Shown here: one piece after another, positions 21,181-30,733 of the stretch
Layout: every line of letters starts with the position of its first letter
Numbering within the stretch: position 1 is the stretch's first letter
Sequence record: OZ336095.1
Length of the DNA: 64,000 nt
Strand: one strand, 5' to 3'
Origin: a phage
The notes under the pieces: model-generated
Told to the model about the DNA's origin: nothing
The model's input: the letters and a program-made list of their open reading frames with translations, nothing else
Databases searched by the model: none
Translations under genes and position numbers: made by a program

Positions 21181-22250
21181 TTAACCAGCACCCAATCTTT
21201 TTAGGTGGTGAGAGAAAAACTTTTGACTCACTTAATAAACACTACCCAAAAATCTTTGAACTTTATAAACAACAAAAAGCACAAGATTGGTCAGAAGATG
21301 AGTTCCCTTTTGAACAATCACGTCTTGATTTTGAGAGTGTACCAGCATCAATGTCAGGTGTAATGCTTGAGATTCTTAAGTGGCAGTGGGAAGCAGATAC
21401 TCAAGTTGCTAAGAGCTTGGCATTTGCCTTTGCACCATTTATCTCTGATGACATCTATGCAACTGCAATTATGAAGCAGTCTGAGATTGAAAACCTACAT
21501 GCTCTTACTTACTCAGAGATTGTAAGGCAATGTATTAAAAACCCTGAAACAATCTTAGATGAGATTAACCAGAATGTTGCTGTACAAGACCGATTAAAAA
21601 CTGTGAATCGTGTTCTTGAAGAATTACTGGATGAAGGTATAAACTATCGTCTGAGTTATGTGCGTGATTCACTTCTGGACAAAGACCCTTTACACTTCCA
21701 TAAAGTGATTCTGAAAGGGCTATTTGCAGTGACTGCACTTGAAGGTATATCTTTTATGGCATCCTTTGCATGTACCTTTGCACTTGATGCTCAAGATAAA
21801 TTTCAGGGTATTGCTCAAGCTGTCCAGAAAATTATGCTTGATGAAATCCTTCACACTAAAATTGATATTGAAGTTTTAAAAGAAACTTTAAGAGATGATG
21901 AGTGGCAGAAAGCTTTTCAACAAATTCTTCCAGAGATTAAAGTAATCTTAGATGAAGTAGTTGAAAGTGAAGAGAAATGGTCGTATTATATCTTCTCCGA
22001 AGGACGTGCTGTAGTTGGCTTAAATACAAAGCTTCTTCATGAGTGGGTTTACTATAATGCTGCCCCACTGTATGATATGTTTGGCATTCCCAGAGATTTT
22101 GTAGCTCCTAAAGAACCACCTTTGAAGTACATGATTAAGAAGATGGAAATTGATAAAGAGCAGAATGCTAATCAGGAGCAACAGAATGGTGCGTACCTAT
22201 TGAATACTGTTGTAGATGATTTGAATAGTGGATTTTTAGAGGTTCCTTAA
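21177..22250 (+). CDS. nrdB: Ribonucleotide reductase class Ia small subunit
   Basis: Start at MINQHPIF with AAGGAG RBS; ferritin-like diiron protein size and position after nrdA. Confidence 0.85.
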   Translation: MINQHPIFLGGERKTFDSLNKHYPKIFELYKQQKAQDWSEDEFPFEQSRLDFESVPASMSGVMLEILKWQWEADTQVAKSLAFAFAPFISDDIYATAIMKQSEIENLHALTYSEIVRQCIKNPETILDEINQNVAVQDRLKTVNRVLEELLDEGINYRLSYVRDSLLDKDPLHFHKVILKGLFAVTALEGISFMASFACTFALDAQDKFQGIAQAVQKIMLDEILHTKIDIEVLKETLRDDEWQKAFQQILPEIKVILDEVVESEEKWSYYIFSEGRAVVGLNTKLLHEWVYYNAAPLYDMFGIPRDFVAPKEPPLKYMIKKMEIDKEQNANQEQQNGAYLLNTVVDDLNSGFLEVP

Positions 22251-22492
22251 TGACTTATGTAATTTACTCCAAAACTGGATGCCCTCAATGTGAGACTGCA
22301 AAGAATTTTGCAAAAGCTCGTGGTATTGAACATGTTGTGAGAATGTTAGGGCAGGATTATGAGCTATCAGACCTGATGGATATTGCACAGATGCCAGTTC
22401 GTCAGATGCCATTCATCATGAAAACTGATGGGCAAAACCTAAAGCCTGTTGGAACGCTACAGAATTTTATGGCAGAGGTGAATAATGCTTAA
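22250..22492 (+). CDS. Glutaredoxin / NrdH-like redoxin
   Basis: 80 aa; CPQC active site near N-terminus; between RNR genes. Confidence 0.7.
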   Translation: MTYVIYSKTGCPQCETAKNFAKARGIEHVVRMLGQDYELSDLMDIAQMPVRQMPFIMKTDGQNLKPVGTLQNFMAEVNNA

Positions 22493-22691
22493 ACGCCTTT
22501 GGGAAGGTTTGGTTGTTGATGCACCAGCTATTGTGATTGGTATGCTTATTGTTAACCTATTTACTGACTTTGAACAAGGTTCATTGTTTGGAGCTATGTT
22601 ACTATGGGTTATCTTCGAAATATTAGAGATACAGTTAGGTATCACTGAAAAACTAAGAGAACTCTTTTCGAAGTTTTCTAAAAAGATTTAA
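22485..22691 (+). CDS. Small hydrophobic protein, 68 aa
   Basis: ORF track; predicted transmembrane segments. Confidence 0.4.
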   Translation: MLKRLWEGLVVDAPAIVIGMLIVNLFTDFEQGSLFGAMLLWVIFEILEIQLGITEKLRELFSKFSKKI

Positions 22692-22698
22692 AATGAAA

Positions 22699-22720
22699 GG
22701 GTCTCTTCGGAGACCTTTTT
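22699..22720 (+). terminator. Rho-independent terminator
   Basis: gggtctc-ttcg-gagacc hairpin followed by TTTTT. Confidence 0.6.
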
Positions 22721-22739
22721 AGCATGTAAAGGGGCAATA

Positions 22740-24884
22740 ATGAACAAAGTACAGATTATTAAAAAGAACGGCTCACTTGAAGAACCTGATATCAAAAAAG
22801 TTTTAGCAGCAGTCACAAAGTCAGCTAACAGAGTTGGTTATAAAGAGCTTCCACCAGATGTTACTCAAGCTCTTGAGTCAGCATTTATGAGGATTCTGGT
22901 AAAGTCCACTAAGCAGAATAATTTGCTAATTTCTGTAAATGATATTCACAGTATTGTTGAGGGTGCTTTGGCAGAAGTCAATCACGAGATTTATGAGTCT
23001 TACTCAACATATAGAAATTACCGTAAAGAAGTTGCTCAAAATTGGGATGAGCTTTACCAGAAGACCAAAGATACACTCTTCTTAGGTGACCGAGAAAACG
23101 CTAATTTTGACAGCAGTTTAATTTCTACAAAAGGTTCAATTATTCGTGGTTATCTGACTAAAGAAATCTTTAAACAGTACCACTTAACACCAGAGGAACT
23201 TGAAGCCATTGAAAAAGGGTTTATCTATATCCATGATTTAAGAGACCTAATTTTTGGTGGTATCAACTGTTGCCTGTTTGACATTGGTAAAGTCCTGAAA
23301 GGTGGCTTTGAAATGTCTGGCATCGAATATTGTGAACCGAAGTCTGTACTGTCAGCCTTACAGGTTATTGGTGATGTAGTTCTTTCAGCAACTGCACAGC
23401 AATTTGGTGGTTTTACTTTAGCAGAGATTGATAAGGTACTTGTACCGTATGCTAAGAAGTCTCTACGCTATCATGCTGAGAAAGCATCATCTTATGGTAT
23501 TCCTAAAGAGCATTACCACAATTATGTAATGGAGCAGTTACAAATTGAACTGACTCAAGGTTTTCAGTCACTTGAGATGAAACTAAATACCGTGCCTTGT
23601 AGCCGTGGTGATTTTGCATTCACAACTTTGACATTCGGGTTACTTGAATCAGATATGTCCAATGAAGATAACCGACTGCAATATATGATTGCAAGTACTC
23701 TCCTAGATGTTCGTATGAATGGTCAAGGTAAGAGCAAGAAACCTGTTGTATTCCCTAAACTGGTTTATATTTATGACCAGAAGAGACATAATGAGAATAT
23801 CTGCCAAGGCCACCTGTACAGTAAAGCTATAGAGTGTTGCTCTAAAGCGATGTATCCAGATTTCTTAAGTGTGTCTGGTCATGGTGCTGTAGCAGAAGCT
23901 TTTGAGCGTTCTGGCAAGGTAATTTCGCCGATGGGTTGTAGAGCCTTCTTATCTCCATATCTTAATGAGGATGGGGAAGAGTTCTACGTTGGTCGTGCTA
24001 ACATTGGTGCTGTATCTTTGAACTTACCGATGATTTATCAGTACGCCAAAGAGAATGGTTTAGATTTCTGGAAAGAGCTTGATAAGTACCTAGAGATGAT
24101 TCGCAGCTTCCACAAGAAACGCTACGAAATGATTGCTAATATGCCAGCAAGTTCTAACCCTCTCGCATTCACACAGGGTGGTCTATACAAAGGGAATAAG
24201 AAACCTACTGATAAGGTTGGCTGGGATATCGTGAAGTCCTTCACAGCTTCTTTTGGGGTTACTGCGCTTGATGAATTATCTGTTCTTGCTGAAGGTAAAC
24301 GACTTCATGAAGTTGGAAGTTGCAGTTTTGCATACGATGTTCTGGAATACATCAACATGAAAACTGAAGAGTTTAAAAATGAAGATGGTTTCTTATATGC
24401 AGTCTATGGCACTCCAGCAGAATCACTTTGTGGAACTCAGCTAAAACAGTTCAGAGATATGTTTGGAGTTATCAAAGGTGTTTCTGATAAGGAATACTTT
24501 ACAAACAGCTTCCATATGAATGTTGCAGCAGACATCACACCATTTGAGAAGCAGGACTTAGAAGAACCTTTCTTCCATATCTGTAGAGGTGGCAGAATCC
24601 AGTATGTAAGGGTAGCTAATCCAGAAAACTTATCAGCACTTAAGAGTTGTATTACAAGAGGGATGTTGAAAGGTTTCTATCAGGGACTTAACTTTGACTT
24701 AGCAATCTGTGAACATTGTGGTAACAGACCAAAGGCTGATGTTGAAGAGTGTGAGGTTTGCCATTCACATGATATCTCTGTGATTAACAGGGTGTGTGGG
24801 TATCTTGGATGGACTAAGATTAAAGGTGAATCCCGAATGAACGATGCAAAAATCGCTGAGATTCGTGATAGAGTCTCTATGTAA
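22740..24884 (+). CDS. nrdD: Anaerobic ribonucleoside-triphosphate reductase
   Basis: 714 aa; C-terminal Cys cluster and glycyl-radical motif RVCGYLG. Confidence 0.9.
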   Translation: MNKVQIIKKNGSLEEPDIKKVLAAVTKSANRVGYKELPPDVTQALESAFMRILVKSTKQNNLLISVNDIHSIVEGALAEVNHEIYESYSTYRNYRKEVAQNWDELYQKTKDTLFLGDRENANFDSSLISTKGSIIRGYLTKEIFKQYHLTPEELEAIEKGFIYIHDLRDLIFGGINCCLFDIGKVLKGGFEMSGIEYCEPKSVLSALQVIGDVVLSATAQQFGGFTLAEIDKVLVPYAKKSLRYHAEKASSYGIPKEHYHNYVMEQLQIELTQGFQSLEMKLNTVPCSRGDFAFTTLTFGLLESDMSNEDNRLQYMIASTLLDVRMNGQGKSKKPVVFPKLVYIYDQKRHNENICQGHLYSKAIECCSKAMYPDFLSVSGHGAVAEAFERSGKVISPMGCRAFLSPYLNEDGEEFYVGRANIGAVSLNLPMIYQYAKENGLDFWKELDKYLEMIRSFHKKRYEMIANMPASSNPLAFTQGGLYKGNKKPTDKVGWDIVKSFTASFGVTALDELSVLAEGKRLHEVGSCSFAYDVLEYINMKTEEFKNEDGFLYAVYGTPAESLCGTQLKQFRDMFGVIKGVSDKEYFTNSFHMNVAADITPFEKQDLEEPFFHICRGGRIQYVRVANPENLSALKSCITRGMLKGFYQGLNFDLAICEHCGNRPKADVEECEVCHSHDISVINRVCGYLGWTKIKGESRMNDAKIAEIRDRVSM

Positions 24885-24888
24885 AAAC

Positions 24889-24933
24889 TTGACAAGGTGA
24901 TGTAGGTCTTGATAGGCTTACATCACCTTTTTT
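24889..24933 (+). promoter_or_regulatory. Composite element: TTGACAAGGTG promoter-like motif overlapping a terminator hairpin
   Basis: TTGACA...TAGGCT with about 18 nt spacer; hairpin ggtgatgta...tacatcacc followed by TTTTTT. Confidence 0.45.
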
Positions 24934-25039
24934 ATTGGATGTTAGATATGGCAGAGAGTATTATTGGGTTGTTCATAGGTTCTGTCTTACTAGGGTTCTT
25001 TTTAGGACTTTCTTATTGTGAATTGAAAGGTAAGTTAAA

Positions 25040-25240
25040 ATGTTTAAGATATCAAAAGCGTTGATATACATACTCCATATTCTAGTCTTCTTCTTTGGGG
25101 TTAGTGTTATGGTATGGGGTTTTTCAGACCCACAATGGAGTTTCTCATATCATGGTCAGATGGATTTATGGTCATGCTTCAAACCATTTTTAGGGTTAGT
25201 CATAGCATTCAGTGCATTACCAACTAAGGTGAAATTATGA
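25040..25240 (+). CDS. Small membrane protein, 66 aa
   Basis: ORF track; hydrophobic. Confidence 0.35.
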   Translation: MFKISKALIYILHILVFFFGVSVMVWGFSDPQWSFSYHGQMDLWSCFKPFLGLVIAFSALPTKVKL

Positions 25241-25632
25241 TTAAGTTGAACAAAAAACAGTTTGAGTGGATTAAAGATTATGCCTCAGAGTGTGGCTCTT
25301 GTGAAAAGAATCACGTAAGGTACTCAACATTCCATACAGCCTTTACATTATATCTCAGCGAAAACGTTCTAGCTGATTCTGTAGAAGATGGTGTGTCATT
25401 ACCTAATGAGTTACTTGATAAATTAGCTGTAGTTACTGGAACTTGGTCTGAAGAAGATGGTCATGAGTTATCTGATGATGTTGTCTTCTACAGTCTTGAA
25501 AACATTATGAATCCAGAGTATATTGCACTAATGACCTGTGCACAAGACTGTGTAATCTTGCAGGATTTCATCAAGAAACACTGCGAAGAGTTTATTACTA
25601 AACAGGTTCCTTGTCAGGTGGTGTTTGAATGA
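25237..25632 (+). CDS. Hypothetical protein, 131 aa
   Basis: ORF track; overlapping start/stop with neighbours. Confidence 0.45.
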   Translation: MIKLNKKQFEWIKDYASECGSCEKNHVRYSTFHTAFTLYLSENVLADSVEDGVSLPNELLDKLAVVTGTWSEEDGHELSDDVVFYSLENIMNPEYIALMTCAQDCVILQDFIKKHCEEFITKQVPCQVVFE

Positions 25633-25928
25633 GTAAAACAATTCGAAGAAAAGGTTTAAAGAACGTTCATGGACTCTACGAGTGGAGAAATGAGGTACGT
25701 AACAGAGAAAATGCTTCAGATGTCTACTTCCATTCTGATATGATGTCCAGAAAAGGTGGCTCTTACGACTTCACAAGCCAGCCTTGTAGAGAGATTAAGA
25801 AGGCCACTAAACGTCTTACAAGAACACAAATAAGGCAGCTTTCTAAGACATCCTTCTTAGATGAAGATTTTGATATTGATAGCAAGTCTCCAAAGAAAGC
25901 CGCTAAGAACACTTATATGTATTGGTGA
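25629..25928 (+). CDS. Hypothetical basic protein, 99 aa
   Basis: ORF track. Confidence 0.45.
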   Translation: MSKTIRRKGLKNVHGLYEWRNEVRNRENASDVYFHSDMMSRKGGSYDFTSQPCREIKKATKRLTRTQIRQLSKTSFLDEDFDIDSKSPKKAAKNTYMYW

Positions 25929-25937
25929 GGTAACTAG

Positions 25938-26423
25938 ATGAATTACATGGAGATTCGACCATTTGACACAGCTAATGGTGAAGGGGTTCGTGTAAGCCTC
26001 TTCGTAGCTGGTTGTAAGCACCACTGTGAAGGTTGCTTTAATAAGGAATCTTGGAAGTTTAATGCTGGTAAAGAGTTCACTTATGCAAACCTTTATGGCA
26101 TCATTAAGTTAATGGATGATAATGCCATCAGTGGGCTGTCAATACTTGGTGGAGAACCTCTGGATGATAGAAACATTCAAGAGGTTACCAACATATGCAA
26201 ACGTATTAAAACCGTTTACCCAGAAAAATCTATCTGGCTCTGGACAGGTTTTCAGTTACATGAAAAAATTCACCTTGATGTGATGAAATATGTTGACGTG
26301 GTGATTGATGGTAAGTATGATTCATCTAAACCAACAGTTAAACCATATCGTGGTTCTGATAACCAAAACCTCTGGAGAAAAGAGTATGGGTGGCAAGGTG
26401 ATTGTCAGTGGAGAGCAGAGTGA
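25938..26423 (+). CDS. nrdG: Anaerobic RNR activating enzyme (radical SAM)
   Basis: 161 aa; CKHHCEGCFN Cys cluster; size and position typical of phage NrdG. Confidence 0.75.
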   Translation: MNYMEIRPFDTANGEGVRVSLFVAGCKHHCEGCFNKESWKFNAGKEFTYANLYGIIKLMDDNAISGLSILGGEPLDDRNIQEVTNICKRIKTVYPEKSIWLWTGFQLHEKIHLDVMKYVDVVIDGKYDSSKPTVKPYRGSDNQNLWRKEYGWQGDCQWRAE

Positions 26424-26504
26424 TTATTCTGGCAAATGGACTAAGGTATAACTCCAATTGGTATCACTGAAGAAGAACTTCATAAGTTCTGTATTAAACT
26501 TTAA

Positions 26505-26530
26505 TGAGAGAGAGAGAGAGAGAGAGAGAC
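26505..26530. repeat. (GA)13 dinucleotide microsatellite
   Basis: gagagagagagagagagagagagaga immediately upstream of ATG at 26536. Confidence 0.9.
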
Positions 26531-26535
26531 TAAAA

Positions 26536-26802
26536 ATGGGAATTTTAGGTAATATGAAAGCTGGATTCTTGAAGGCACTGGCAAAAGCAGCAGCAATTGT
26601 TTCTATGACTGGAAAGCAGGTCGGTGTAGATGCTTCAGCGGTTGCACAGGTTCTTACAAGCCAAATTGAACAGCAGCCTTACATCTATGTAGGTCGTGGC
26701 AAAGGTGGTAAGAAACAAGCCCACCGTCCGTCTGGTGCAGCAGCTATTAAACGAGCAGCTAAGAAAGCTCGTAACCGTAAACGTAATAAGAAGGCTAAAT
26801 AA
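26536..26802 (+). CDS. Hypothetical protein with basic C-terminal tail, 88 aa
   Basis: ORF 26458..26802 trimmed to Met 27 so the (GA)n tract is not translated. Confidence 0.4.
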   Translation: MGILGNMKAGFLKALAKAAAIVSMTGKQVGVDASAVAQVLTSQIEQQPYIYVGRGKGGKKQAHRPSGAAAIKRAAKKARNRKRNKKAK

Positions 26803-26804
26803 TC

Positions 26805-27125
26805 ATGAGCAAAGTTTATAACACTCGTAAATTACAGATTTTCTTACTGTGCCAGTTTATGGCTAGAGAGCATAACTCCTACTATTGTGGTACAGGATTC
26901 ATTAGTGATAATGATGGCTCATATCTCCCATTCAAAGAGGCTGTAAAACTCTTCAATGAAGAGAAAAGCTCTGAGAAAGATATTGAAAAGGTTAAATTAA
27001 CCTATAGTAAGAAAGATAAGAAGATTATCTGCCTAGATAACTTTGTGAAAGTTACCAAAGAAACTAAAGAGTTAATGGAAGAAAGTGAAATTCCATTCAC
27101 AAGAATCTTGAAAGTAGCTCAGTAA
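26805..27125 (+). CDS. Hypothetical protein, 106 aa
   Basis: ORF track. Confidence 0.45.
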   Translation: MSKVYNTRKLQIFLLCQFMAREHNSYYCGTGFISDNDGSYLPFKEAVKLFNEEKSSEKDIEKVKLTYSKKDKKIICLDNFVKVTKETKELMEESEIPFTRILKVAQ

Positions 27126-27138
27126 GCAGATACTATAA

Positions 27139-27165
27139 GGGAACTGTAAAGGTTCCCTTTTTATT
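27139..27165 (+). terminator. Rho-independent terminator
   Basis: gggaac...gttccc hairpin followed by TTTTT. Confidence 0.6.
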
Positions 27166-27176
27166 TTGGAGATAAT

Positions 27177-27692
27177 ATGTATCTGTCAAATCTGAAACGT
27201 TCTGCTGCAATGTCAGTGTTAAGACTCAGTTTTGAGGAACGTCAAGAGTTCATTGACTCCCACCAATACGACCCTTCCAACTCCAATCACATGATTCTCT
27301 GGAATCGTGAGAGTACTCGTGAAAGAGCATTATTTCGATATTACCCACACTATACCATAGACAACCTATATGAATGCTTTGTTGTGAAGAACACCATTAC
27401 AGTACTCAATAAACTTTGCAGATACACAGGCAGTCAATCCTTCACATTAGGTCACCACAAACCTGTTACAAAAGGTGGTGAACATCACTGTGCAAACTGG
27501 TTTATCCAGACTAAACTTGATAACCAGAAGCAAGGGGATAGTCTTTTAAGTACCCCTAAGATGACCTACGAAGAGCAAGAGAAATATATCAAAAACAATA
27601 TGCCAGATGTGCTTGACAACAACTATACAGATTTGGCAATATCTCTCCTGTTGAAGTTCGAGACAGTTTATAGGGCAACTTATAATGGCTAA
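27177..27692 (+). CDS. HNH endonuclease
   Basis: LGHHKPVTKGGEHHCANW HNH-type motif. Confidence 0.55.
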   Translation: MYLSNLKRSAAMSVLRLSFEERQEFIDSHQYDPSNSNHMILWNRESTRERALFRYYPHYTIDNLYECFVVKNTITVLNKLCRYTGSQSFTLGHHKPVTKGGEHHCANWFIQTKLDNQKQGDSLLSTPKMTYEEQEKYIKNNMPDVLDNNYTDLAISLLLKFETVYRATYNG

Positions 27693-27963
27693 AGAGAAGT
27701 GGGAGATTTTACCATTAGTCAGTGAAGGTGGTAATGGTTGTGAGATGTACATGATACGTGGTCATGTTCCAGAACCAATTGCACTTGAGATGGTAAACAA
27801 CTTTACAGATGGCTCTTACAAAGACTTAGGAGAGCCAACTATAAAGCAGCAATGGGTAAAGCCTGTACCAGACAGCACAGGTAACTGTAGTGTACTTTAT
27901 CACGTTGTAGACCCTGCAAAATGCAAATCTGCAATGGCAGTAACAAACGTAACTTTTGATTGA
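27685..27963 (+). CDS. Hypothetical protein, 92 aa
   Basis: ORF track. Confidence 0.4.
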   Translation: MAKEKWEILPLVSEGGNGCEMYMIRGHVPEPIALEMVNNFTDGSYKDLGEPTIKQQWVKPVPDSTGNCSVLYHVVDPAKCKSAMAVTNVTFD

Positions 27964-27974
27964 GAGAGAAAACT

Positions 27975-28856
27975 ATGAAAACATCTATCCGTGTTACAGT
28001 TCATTCACCAACTAAAGGGACTCATGAAGAAGAGTTTAACATCGTCCAATTCCCTTCTGGTGAGATTGGTGGACACTTTTCGCCAGAGTTTGTTGATTTT
28101 ACTGCTTATGCAGCATCATCTATCAACAATGTGATTATGATTGTAAAAGGTTATGATAAGGACACATTGTTTGCTGTGGCACTTGCTAAAGAAGCAATTG
28201 ATGATTTAGTACCTCATAAGTTTGCTATGAAGACTGCTATCTTTTACTATTTGCCAAATGCACGTTACGACCGTCACATGTTTAAAGGTGATGCAGCAGC
28301 TTTGAAAGTGTTTGCACAACAGGTTAATGCAATGGGTTTTGATGCAGTCTGTGCAGTTGACCCTCACAGCTATGTACCAGATAACCTGTTTAACTGCTTC
28401 CAGAGTATTCCTCAAAAGGAAATTGCAGTCCACTATGCAAATGACCCACTGATTGATTACTTAGTAGCCCCAGATGCAGGTGCTGCTAAGAAGATTGCAG
28501 AGACTGCTAAAGAGGTGGATAAACCATACATCACAATGTCTAAAGTGCGTAACCTTAAGACTGGTGAAATTACTGGTATGCGAATCCTTGATGATGTTGA
28601 TTTGACAGATAAAACCGTCATGATTCTGGATGATATCTGTGATGGTGGTCGAACCTTCATAGAAGCAGCGAAGCATCTTCGTGAAGCAGGTGCAAAACGT
28701 GTGGAACTTTATGTAACACATGGTATCTTCTCTAAAGATGTTGAAAACCTTCTTGACAATGGTATCGACCATATTTACACTACAAACTCTTTAGGCGAAG
28801 CTAAAGACCGTGGCTTAACACATTACAGTCAAGTTACTGTAGCAAACCTTGATTGA
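27975..28856 (+). CDS. Ribose-phosphate pyrophosphokinase (Prs) homolog; candidate ADPR-PP synthetase of NARP1
   Basis: Prs-like motifs FPSGEIGG, YYLPNARYDR, VDPHS, VMILDDICDGGRTF (PRPP-binding loop), GAKRVELYVTHGIFS; ATG at 27975 (track start is TTG); immediately upstream of NAMPT-like gene. Confidence 0.65.
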   Translation: MKTSIRVTVHSPTKGTHEEEFNIVQFPSGEIGGHFSPEFVDFTAYAASSINNVIMIVKGYDKDTLFAVALAKEAIDDLVPHKFAMKTAIFYYLPNARYDRHMFKGDAAALKVFAQQVNAMGFDAVCAVDPHSYVPDNLFNCFQSIPQKEIAVHYANDPLIDYLVAPDAGAAKKIAETAKEVDKPYITMSKVRNLKTGEITGMRILDDVDLTDKTVMILDDICDGGRTFIEAAKHLREAGAKRVELYVTHGIFSKDVENLLDNGIDHIYTTNSLGEAKDRGLTHYSQVTVANLD

Positions 28857-28865
28857 AAGTTTATA

Positions 28866-28887
28866 GGGGCTTAAAAGCCCCATTTTG
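28866..28887 (+). terminator. Rho-independent terminator (weak T-run)
   Basis: ggggctt-aaa-agcccc hairpin followed by ATTTTG. Confidence 0.45.
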
Positions 28888-28901
28888 AGAGAGATTAAAA
28901 G

Positions 28902-30683
28902 ATGACTAAATCACTTTATGCAGTACCAGCAGGTTTAAACGCAGATGCTTACAAATCTGGTCATGTTTACCAGTACCCTAGTGCAACAGAATACTTGATG
29001 TTCAACCTGACACCACGTAGTGACAAATGGTTTAACAGCCCATTAGCAATTGATGGTGTAGTAGCTTTTGGTATTCAACGTTTCGTTAAAGATTACTTGA
29101 TAGACCACTGGAACGCCACTTTCTTTGAACGTGATAAAAAAGAAGCCATTGATGAAATATTAGAAGTCATGAATGGTGTTCTGGGTAAAGATGCTATCGG
29201 TCGAGAGCATTGGGAAGCACTTCACGACTTAGGTTATCTACCAGTTGAAGTATACGCTGTAGAAGAAGGTACAGTTGTCCCTATGCGTGTCCCAATGATT
29301 GTCTTCCAGAACACTGTTTCAGGTTTCCATTGGGTAGCGGGGTATCTGGAAGATGCTTTCTCTGCTGAGATTTGGAAGGCTTGTACCATTGCAACTATTG
29401 CATTGCATTATAAACGCATCTGTAAGAAGTGGGCTGACCTTACTTGCGACAACGACTTACATTTACCTTATCAGTGCCATGACTTTGCTATGCGTGGTAT
29501 GTCCGGCTTTACTGATGACGCATTTAACGCTGTAGGCCACTTAACCAGCTTTAAAGGAACTGATAGCTTCCCTGCTGTGTATACGGCTAAACGAATCTAT
29601 GGACAGTCTTACCCAATCTCTGATATTGGTAGCTCTGTACCAGCCACTGAGCACTCTGTAATGTGTGCAAACATTGCTTGGGAAGGTGGTAATGAGTTGA
29701 TTGAAGAAGAAAGACGCTTTAAAGGTGAGTTACAAACCTTCCGTCGTTTCTTAACAGAAACTTACCCAACTGGTATTGCAAGTATTGTTTCAGATACTTA
29801 TAACTTCTGGAGAACTGTGTCAGAAATCTTACCAGCACTCCGTAAAGAAATTATGGAACGTGATGGTAAACTGGTAATTCGCCCTGACTCTGGAGACCCT
29901 GTACATATTGTCACAGGTTATAAAGCAATCCACTTAGAGTGTGCTAAAAAGGCTTATTACGAGCACCTAAGCAAGCTTGAAGCCAGCGACACAATGTTGA
30001 ATGCTGTTCTGAACATGAAGCTTGAAAACATCAACTATGGTATTGCTGGATGGCTACTGTCAGAAGGCTACGAAATGGTTGTTGACAGAGAAGACTTTGA
30101 AGTTGCTGATACAGTGCTGTTGAAAAACGCTTATATGGTTGGTTCTGCAAACGTTGTAACACGTCCTGTAGCGGAGATTGATGGAGCTATCAAGACACTG
30201 TATAACATCTTTGGGGGAACTATTAACTCTAAAGGGTTTAAGGTACTGGATGAGCACATCGGCCTTATCTATGGTGACTCTATCACGCTGGAACGTGCAA
30301 ACGAAATCATGAAGCGTCTGTATGAAATGGGTTTTGCAAGCTCTAACGTAGTATTTGGTGTAGGCTCTTACACTTACCAGTACATGACTCGTGACACCTT
30401 TGCATTTGCTGTCAAAGCAACTCTTGCAAGCATTGGTGGTAAAGAGATTATGCTTGCAAAAGACCCTAAAACAGATAGTGGTGTTAAGAAATCTGCCTTT
30501 GGTGGTGTAGCACCTATGTGGGATGGTGAAAATCTGAAAGCTGTAGATGGCTATGGGTTCCAGAGCTTTGCAGATGCACTTGAACACCCAGCTTGTGCTT
30601 TACGTCTAGTCTTTAGTGACTCTGAGCAGTTCGGCTACACAACTCTTGGTGATATTCGAAATAATATTGACAAGCAGCTTTAA
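28902..30683 (+). CDS. Nicotinamide phosphoribosyltransferase (NAMPT/NadV) homolog; candidate nicotinamide ADPR transferase of NARP1
   Basis: 593 aa; N-terminal NADAYKSGHVYQYP resembles the NAMPT DSYKVTHYKQYP signature. Confidence 0.7.
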   Translation: MTKSLYAVPAGLNADAYKSGHVYQYPSATEYLMFNLTPRSDKWFNSPLAIDGVVAFGIQRFVKDYLIDHWNATFFERDKKEAIDEILEVMNGVLGKDAIGREHWEALHDLGYLPVEVYAVEEGTVVPMRVPMIVFQNTVSGFHWVAGYLEDAFSAEIWKACTIATIALHYKRICKKWADLTCDNDLHLPYQCHDFAMRGMSGFTDDAFNAVGHLTSFKGTDSFPAVYTAKRIYGQSYPISDIGSSVPATEHSVMCANIAWEGGNELIEEERRFKGELQTFRRFLTETYPTGIASIVSDTYNFWRTVSEILPALRKEIMERDGKLVIRPDSGDPVHIVTGYKAIHLECAKKAYYEHLSKLEASDTMLNAVLNMKLENINYGIAGWLLSEGYEMVVDREDFEVADTVLLKNAYMVGSANVVTRPVAEIDGAIKTLYNIFGGTINSKGFKVLDEHIGLIYGDSITLERANEIMKRLYEMGFASSNVVFGVGSYTYQYMTRDTFAFAVKATLASIGGKEIMLAKDPKTDSGVKKSAFGGVAPMWDGENLKAVDGYGFQSFADALEHPACALRLVFSDSEQFGYTTLGDIRNNIDKQL

Positions 30684-30698
30684 AAGTATATGATAAGA

Positions 30699-30719
30699 GG
30701 CTCCTACGGGAGCCTTTTT
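30699..30719 (+). terminator. Rho-independent terminator
   Basis: ggctcc-tacg-ggagcc hairpin followed by TTTTT. Confidence 0.6.
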
Positions 30720-30733
30720 AATTTCTGGAGAAG

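Noticed and set aside
18633-24884. Group I introns or inteins in nrdA, nrdB or nrdD (common in T4-type phages)
   Set aside because: All three reading frames are continuous with typical lengths and no inserted endonuclease ORF
26458-26535. N-terminal extension of the 26458 ORF that would translate the (GA)13 repeat as ERERERER
   Set aside because: No start signal at 26458; a downstream ATG at 26536 is better placed. Kept only as a possible frameshift target in findings
30060-30587. Minus-strand ORF of 175 aa inside the NAMPT-like gene
   Set aside because: Antisense to a gene with strong family motifs; Cys-rich low-complexity translation; no independent signals
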